From contig CAWJTV010000033.1 in assembly GCA_963845755.1 (NCBI GenBank), positions 288,001 through 352,000 on the forward strand: a DNA stretch of 64,000 bases. Reading direction: 5' to 3'. Origin of the DNA: an uncultured Planctomycetota bacterium (GTDB lineage Bacteria > Planctomycetota > Planctomycetia > Isosphaerales > Isosphaeraceae). This document shows, one piece after another, positions 58,082-64,000 of the stretch (position 1 is its first letter; each line of letters opens with the position of its first letter). The position numbers and the translations under genes are program-made. The notes under the pieces were generated by a model. The model was not told the origin of the DNA, searched no databases, and worked only from the letters and a program-made list of their open reading frames with translations.

Positions 58082-59311
58082 ATGCAAGCCTTCGAGGCCA
58101 CGAATTACTACTTCAATCAGGCGGCGAAATGCCTCGACCTGACGGAAAATGTCCGCAACCTGCTGATCACTCCCGATCGCGAGGTCCGGGTTGAGGTCGT
58201 GATCGAGCTCGACTCGGGGAAGCTCGGGAACTTCATCGGCTACCGGGTCCAGCATGACAATGCCCGCGGGCCTTACAAGGGGGGCCTGCGCTACCATCCG
58301 GCCGTCGATCAGGACGAGGCGCGTTCGCTGGCCAGCCTGATGACCTGGAAGACGGCGATCGTCAACTTGCCGTTCGGCGGGGCCAAGGGGGGCATCAATT
58401 GTGACCCGAACAAGCTCTCACGCGGCGAGCTGGAGCGGTTGACGCGGAAACTCATCGAGAAGATCCACGACATGATCGGGCCGCACAAGGACATCCCCGC
58501 GCCGGACATGGGGACCGACGCGCAGGTGATGGCCTGGATCATGAACGAATACGCGAAGTATGAAGGATTCTATCCGGCCTGCGTGACGGGCAAGCCGGTC
58601 GAATTCCACGGTTCGGCGGGGCGGGAAGCGGCCACCGGATTCGGGCTGGCGATCATCACGCGCGAGATGCTCGGCCGGTTGCAGCGCACGATCGCCGGGA
58701 CGACGTTCGCCATCCAGGGATACGGCAACGTGGGCAGCCACACGGCCCGATGTCTCGCCCAGATGGGGGCCAAGATCGTCGGCATCTCGGATGCGTACGG
58801 GGCCGTGGTCAATCGCGAAGGGCTCGATGTCGCCGAGCTCGACCGGCACATGGCCGTCTCTCACAAGATCGTGGGCTTCAAAGGGGGCGACGCCATCACG
58901 AACGAGCAACTCCTGACCATGCCCGTGGACGTGCTGATCCCCGCCGCCCTCGGAGGCGTGTTCGACCGCGACATGGCCAGGGCGGTCCAGGCCCAGATCG
59001 TCGTCGAGGCGGCCAACGGACCCACCTGGCCGGAGGCCGACGAGGTGTTCAACGAGCGCGGAATCCCCGTTGTGCCCGACGTCCTGGCCAATGCCGGCGG
59101 CGTGATCGTCAGTTACTTCGAGTGGGTCCAGAACCTCCAGCATTTCCGCTGGCCCCTCGAACAGATCCAGCGCGAAGAGGAGCACCGGCTGGTCGATGCA
59201 TTTCGCGAGATGTATGACCTGGCGCAGCGCAAGGGGGTTACCCTCCGCACCGCGGCCTTCATGAAGGCGATCTCCCGCGTCGGCCGGGCTAAAGTGCTGG
59301 GGGGTATCTAG
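58082..59311 (+). CDS. gdhA: Glu/Leu/Phe/Val dehydrogenase (glutamate dehydrogenase)
   Basis: RGPYKGGLRYHP, PFGGAKGG, DIPAPD, QGYGNVG, EAANGP, NAGGVIVSYFEW. Confidence 0.93.
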   Translation: MQAFEATNYYFNQAAKCLDLTENVRNLLITPDREVRVEVVIELDSGKLGNFIGYRVQHDNARGPYKGGLRYHPAVDQDEARSLASLMTWKTAIVNLPFGGAKGGINCDPNKLSRGELERLTRKLIEKIHDMIGPHKDIPAPDMGTDAQVMAWIMNEYAKYEGFYPACVTGKPVEFHGSAGREAATGFGLAIITREMLGRLQRTIAGTTFAIQGYGNVGSHTARCLAQMGAKIVGISDAYGAVVNREGLDVAELDRHMAVSHKIVGFKGGDAITNEQLLTMPVDVLIPAALGGVFDRDMARAVQAQIVVEAANGPTWPEADEVFNERGIPVVPDVLANAGGVIVSYFEWVQNLQHFRWPLEQIQREEEHRLVDAFREMYDLAQRKGVTLRTAAFMKAISRVGRAKVLGGI

Positions 59312-59397
59312 TCCTTTTCGTCCTCGGGTCCTGACGTCCCTCAGAGGTTTTGCTGACTTAGTCGCGCGGGAGCGCGGCTCGAGGGCTCAGGAACGAC

Positions 59398-59541
59398 TCA
59401 AAGGCCCCGGCCTCCCAAGTGCTTGGTCTTCCTCGGGTTGCGCATGTCGTTGAGCTTGGCCCGGCGACCCTTGGCAACCGGTGAGCTGTCGGCCTTCTTG
59501 CGCCATTTGTAACTCTTGCGGTGTCGCGTCTTGGACTTCAT
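59398..59541 (-). CDS. 47-aa very basic small protein
   Basis: AAGGAG upstream; MKSKTRHRKSYKWRKKADSSPVAKGRRAKLNDMRNPRKTKHLGGRGL. Confidence 0.55.
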   Translation of the reverse strand: MKSKTRHRKSYKWRKKADSSPVAKGRRAKLNDMRNPRKTKHLGGRGL

Positions 59542-59818
59542 GGATTCCGTCATCTCCTTGGATCGGCCTTCGAGACCGATCGGCGGGCGCCGACCGGCGT
59601 GGCGAAAGGTCTTATTATGGGATCCGATTGTCCCGTGTTCAAGGCAGGCCGTCGCGACGATCGCCGGCAATCCCGCCGTTCGACAGATTCGGCGGCCAAG
59701 ATTTGATCCCAGGCCGGGCGCGAACTCGGCCCGCCTTATTTATGATAGATCGACAGGTGACCCGGTCGAAGGGAAGACCGGATATCCGGTCGATCCGGGG
59801 GGCGGGGCGTCGAAGGGG

Positions 59819-62800
59819 ATGGTTGTGGACGAGTTGAATCGTGATCTCCTGGTAGCAGTGTTGGCCCTGCTGACGGGCGCGATTCCGCGCCCCGCGTTGA
59901 GCGCGGCGCTCAATGCCTGGGGTCGGGATCGGAACCGGTCGCTGGCCGAACTGCTCCTGCGCGACGGGTGTATCGACGCGGAACGCCTCCACGCCCTGGA
60001 GTGCCTGGCATCATCCCACCTCGCTCAGCATCATAACAACCTCCAGTTCTGCCTGGACGCCTGGAATGCTCAGGCCGCGACGGAGGAGGTATTGACCGAG
60101 GTCGCGGACAGTGCACTGATGTCAACATTGGGAGTCACGGTGATCCGTCCGACGACGTTGCCGATGACCCAAGGGTCGCCGGGAAGCGAGGAAACGCTGC
60201 CGACGGACGGCGTCTCGCGGCCTCCGGGCTCGACGGTGCCGCCGCAAGTCAGCCAGGAAGATCGGTTCCTGCCGATCCGGCCCCATGCCAGGGGCGGGAT
60301 CGGCCAGGTGTGGCTGGCACGGGATCGCGAGCTTCAGCGCGAGGTCGCGCTGAAGGTGATCCAGCCGCGCTATGCCGAGCGCGACGATCAGCGCGGCACG
60401 GTTCCTGCTGGAAGCGGAGATCACCGGCAACCTGGAGCATCCCGGGATCGTCCCGGTCTACAGCCTGGGGCGGAACTCCGAGGGGAGGCCGTTCTACGCG
60501 ATGCGGTTCATCCGGGGAGAGACTTTCGCTTCGGCGATCCGACAGTTCCACCTGCGCTGGCAACGGGAGGGCCGGGGCGGCGGGCCTTCGATGTGGGGGT
60601 TCGAGTTTCGACAGTTGCTCGGCCGGTTCCTCGACGTCTGCGACGCGATGGATTACGCCGCACAGCCGCGGCGTGCTGCATCGGGACCTGAAGCCGGCCA
60701 ACATCATGCTCGGCCGTTACGGCGAGACCCTGGTCGTCGATTGGGGCCTGGCCAAGGTGGTCGGCAAGGCCGACATCCTGCCGGTGCCGGCTGATGGGGA
60801 TCAGGAGCCGAACCTGGCGGATGGCGCGGAAACGCGGACCTTCACGAGCGATACCTTGCCGGGCACGACGATCGGCACTCCGACCTACATGAGCGCCGAG
60901 CAGGCGCGTGGTTGCCTCGAGGAATTGGGTCCGGCCAGCGATGTGTACAGCCTCGGCGCGACCCTCTACGAGTTGCTCGCTGGCCGGGTCGCGTTTACCG
61001 GTGAGAAGACCGCCGAAGTGCTTGAACGGGTGATCAAGGGGGATTTCCCGCCGCCTCGTGCGATCCAGAGGTCGCTACCGGCTCCCCTGGATGCGATCTG
61101 CCTGAAGGCGATGGCCCTCCGGCCCGAACTGCGGTACGCCTCGGTGCGCGACCTGGCGCGGGACCTCGAACACTGGCTGGCCGACGAACCAGTTTCGGCC
61201 TACCCCGAGCGGCGTCTGGAGCGGCTGGCACGCTGGCTCCGCCAGCACCGCACCTGGACCTACGCCGCCGGCGCCGCCCTGATCGGCATCTCGCTGGCCG
61301 CGACCATCGGCGTGGTTGTGGTCGAGCAAGGCCGTCGCCGGGAGGCCGAGGCCCGCGCCCTCTCGCAGACGAATTTCCAGATGGCCAACCGGGCCGTACG
61401 CGAATACTTCACCATCGTCAGCCAGAATACCCTCCTGAAGGAACAGGACACCCTCGATAGCCGGCGTTTGCGCCGGGAGCTCCTCGAGACCGCGCTGACG
61501 TATTACCAGGACTTCGTCCGGCAACGGAGCGACGACCCGCAGCTCCGTCATGAGCTGGCCGAGGCCCATTTCCACCTGGGGGAGATCGCCGGAGAGATCG
61601 GCACGACCGAGGAAGTGGTCCGATCCTTCGAGACGGCGCGCGGCGGTGTGGGAGAAGCTCGCGGTGGAAGCCCCCGACGATCCGGAACTCCCGGGCCACG
61701 TGGCCAAATGCTACCTGTCGATCGGCGCACAATTCACCGTCGACAAGATGTTCCAGGCGGCCGTGGCCCCGCTCCGACGAGTGCTGGCCATCCTCGAGCC
61801 GCTCACGGCCCGTTATCCCGATGTGGCGCCCTATCAGGCGGACCTCGCCGACGGTTACAAGGAGATGGGCATCGCGCAAGCGGGGATCGGATCCCTGGAT
61901 AAGGGCCTGGAGTCGCTTACCAAGGGTGTGCTGATCCAACGGCGATTGATCGACGGATTCCCGAAGGATGCTGCTTCAAATCGCAAGAAACTGGCCGACA
62001 TGATCATTGTTCAGGGGTGGGTCTACTTCAATCAGCGGAATTATCGGGACGCACTGCGGGCGTTCCAGGAAGCCCAGCGCATCTGCGAATCCCTGCTCGA
62101 GGGTATCACGTCGGGTCCCAAGCCGATCCCGCTCCTCTCCTCGCTGGCCAATGGCCACTACAACATCGGGGCCGCCGAACACAAACTCGGCCACCTCGAG
62201 GCGGCCCTCGATGCCTACGACCAATCGCTCCGCTTACGTTCGGCGCTGGCCGATGCTCATCCGTCGGTGAACACCTTCCAGGAGAAGCTCGCCGTGAGCC
62301 TCGCCGAAATCGCCGAGCTCCAGCACGAAGCCGGCCAGGCGGAGAAGGCGCTTGATTCGATCCGGAAGTCGATCGAGGTCCTGGAGAAACTGGTCCAGGC
62401 CCAGCCGGATCAGCCACGGTTCCACCACAAGTTGGGGCGAAGCTGCGATCTCCTGGGCTACTTCTACGATACGGCGAGAGACAACGCGCGGGCGATGCGA
62501 GAATTCAAGCGGGCGGTTGCCGAGCAGGAGAAAGCCCTGGAGGCATCTCCCGGCGTGGAGGAATACCAGGTCGAGTTGTGTATCGATCTCGAGAACCTGG
62601 GTGAGCAGTTCGTCGATCTCGGGACCGTGGAGAAGGGGATGCTCCACTACCGTCGTGCGATCGAGATCCGAGGGCGATTTGCCGCCAATCACCCGGCGGA
62701 CCGCGTGTTCGCGCTCGACCTGGCCGAGGCAATCGCGAAGCTGGGATCGCTCCGGCGCCACGCTGGCGACCCCGCCTCCGCGCGCGATTGGTTCGTCCGG

Positions 62801-63397
62801 GCTCGCACGACGATCGAACCCTTCGCCGCCGCCGATCCGGCCGATTCCGCAGTCCAGGGCCGCCTTGGAGTGGTACTCACCGGCGAAGCCCTGGCTCTGG
62901 CCGACCAGGGCCGAACCACCGAGGCCATACCGATCCTCCGGAACGCCCTGTCGGTCTTGAAGCCGCTCGGCGTCTCCACGACCGGGCTCCCCGACGCTCC
63001 GGGGTGGCTGTCCGAGTCGCTCTGGGAGCTCGCCCGCCTCCTCCGATTGTCAGGGTCCCCAGCGGAGGCGGACCGCCTCGATGCCGAGCGCCTGGCCCTC
63101 TGGACGGAGCATTCGCCGGACGAGCTGGTCAACCTGGCCCTCCAGCAGACCAATCGAGCCGCCCTGATCGGCTACGGGAAGACGCCCATCGACGAACCGG
63201 CATGCGCCGTCCGTAAGCTCGATCTCGATCAGGCGGCGGCGAATCTCCAGATGGCGGTCGCCCTGGGATTTCACGACCTGCGCAGGCTTCGCGCCAATCC
63301 CGACTGGTGGCTTCTCGAGTCCCGAGACGACATACGGCCCCTGATGGACGGCCTGGAGTTCCCCGACCAGCCTTTCGGACCAGCACCCGAGAAATAG
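59819..63397 (+). CDS. Ser/Thr kinase with TM helix and long TPR region (frameshifts ~60395, ~60660, ~61640)
   Basis: HARGGIG, HRDLKPAN, VVDWGLAK, GTPTYMSAE; TM YAAGAALIGISLAATIGVVVV; TPR repeats; ends FPDQPF. Confidence 0.88.
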
Positions 63398-63606
63398 TAT
63401 CAAGCGCGTCGCCACCGCCATGAGGCCGGTTTCGACCTCTCTGTTCCCGCAGAGGGCCCGACCGAAACCGTGATTTGGCCTTCTCCTGCGACCACCCGGG
63501 CATGATTCTCTTTGCAAGGACTCCGGAAAACGTGTTATATCTCAAGGAGAGTTCCGGTATATCTAGTAGGGAAGATTCCAAACAACCTTCGAGCTGGGAG
63601 TTCATC

Positions 63607-63795
63607 ATGGCCGATCAACCGCAAAACCCGAACACGAAGAAGGACTCGGACAAGAAACAACCCGAGACGGTGATCCTGACCGCCGACGAGCTTCGTTCTA
63701 TCGCCGGAGGCGGAAGCGGAAGCGTGCTCACGAATCCCGGGGGAGGGAGTGCCACGCCGAAAGACAAGGTCGGAGCCCCCGTCCCGGGAAAATGA
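63607..63795 (+). CDS. 62-aa double-glycine-leader peptide precursor
   Basis: GGAG RBS at 63597-63600; VILTADELRSIAGG matches the L(S/T)xxELxxIxGG leader consensus. Confidence 0.7.
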   Translation: MADQPQNPNTKKDSDKKQPETVILTADELRSIAGGGSGSVLTNPGGGSATPKDKVGAPVPGK

Positions 63796-64000
63796 CCGAC
63801 CGGTCGGGTGATCGTTCGCAACGTTCCGATCCCCGGACAGGTCTGAAGGTATCCGAATCGCTCGAGCAGAGTGGTAGCCCCCGCTGACGACGCGCGCTGC
63901 GGGGGGTTTATTCGCGCAACCGATCGCTACGGATCGCGGCAGATCCGAACATGGGGTCAGAGACACTCACAGGCTCCCGCCGATGGATCACGCTCCTGTC

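Overview
High-GC bacterial DNA with a Planctomycetota (Isosphaeraceae-like) gene set: CRTAC1/ASPIC-UnbV, PVC-type CxxCH heme protein, DUF1501, planctomycete cytochrome c-WD40, PPC-domain protein, and ECF sigma factor/Ser-Thr kinase pairs. Core-like genes (xerD, NUDIX, hisS, molybdopterin oxidoreductase, gdh, creatininase) flank a ~25 kb accessory region (about 20.0-44.8 kb). That region is built as two tandem units with the same flanks (3' part of an epimerase gene on the left, a ~375 bp repeat on the right) but different cargo. Each unit carries a piece of a tyrosine recombinase and its own ECF-kinase pair, and the left flank's homology ends at a recombinase core-site-like sequence. The window has four membrane-anchored Ser/Thr kinases. 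Two of them lie near tiny ORFs that look like export leader plus short peptide (a LEPRxLL-like 63-aa ORF and a double-glycine 62-aa ORF), which suggests a peptide-ligand/receptor-kinase signalling system. An IS5-family element interrupts a Gfo/Idh/MocA gene. Many genes carry 1-nt frameshifts that look like read/assembly indels, so CDS spans are given across them. No rRNA, tRNA or CRISPR array was seen.
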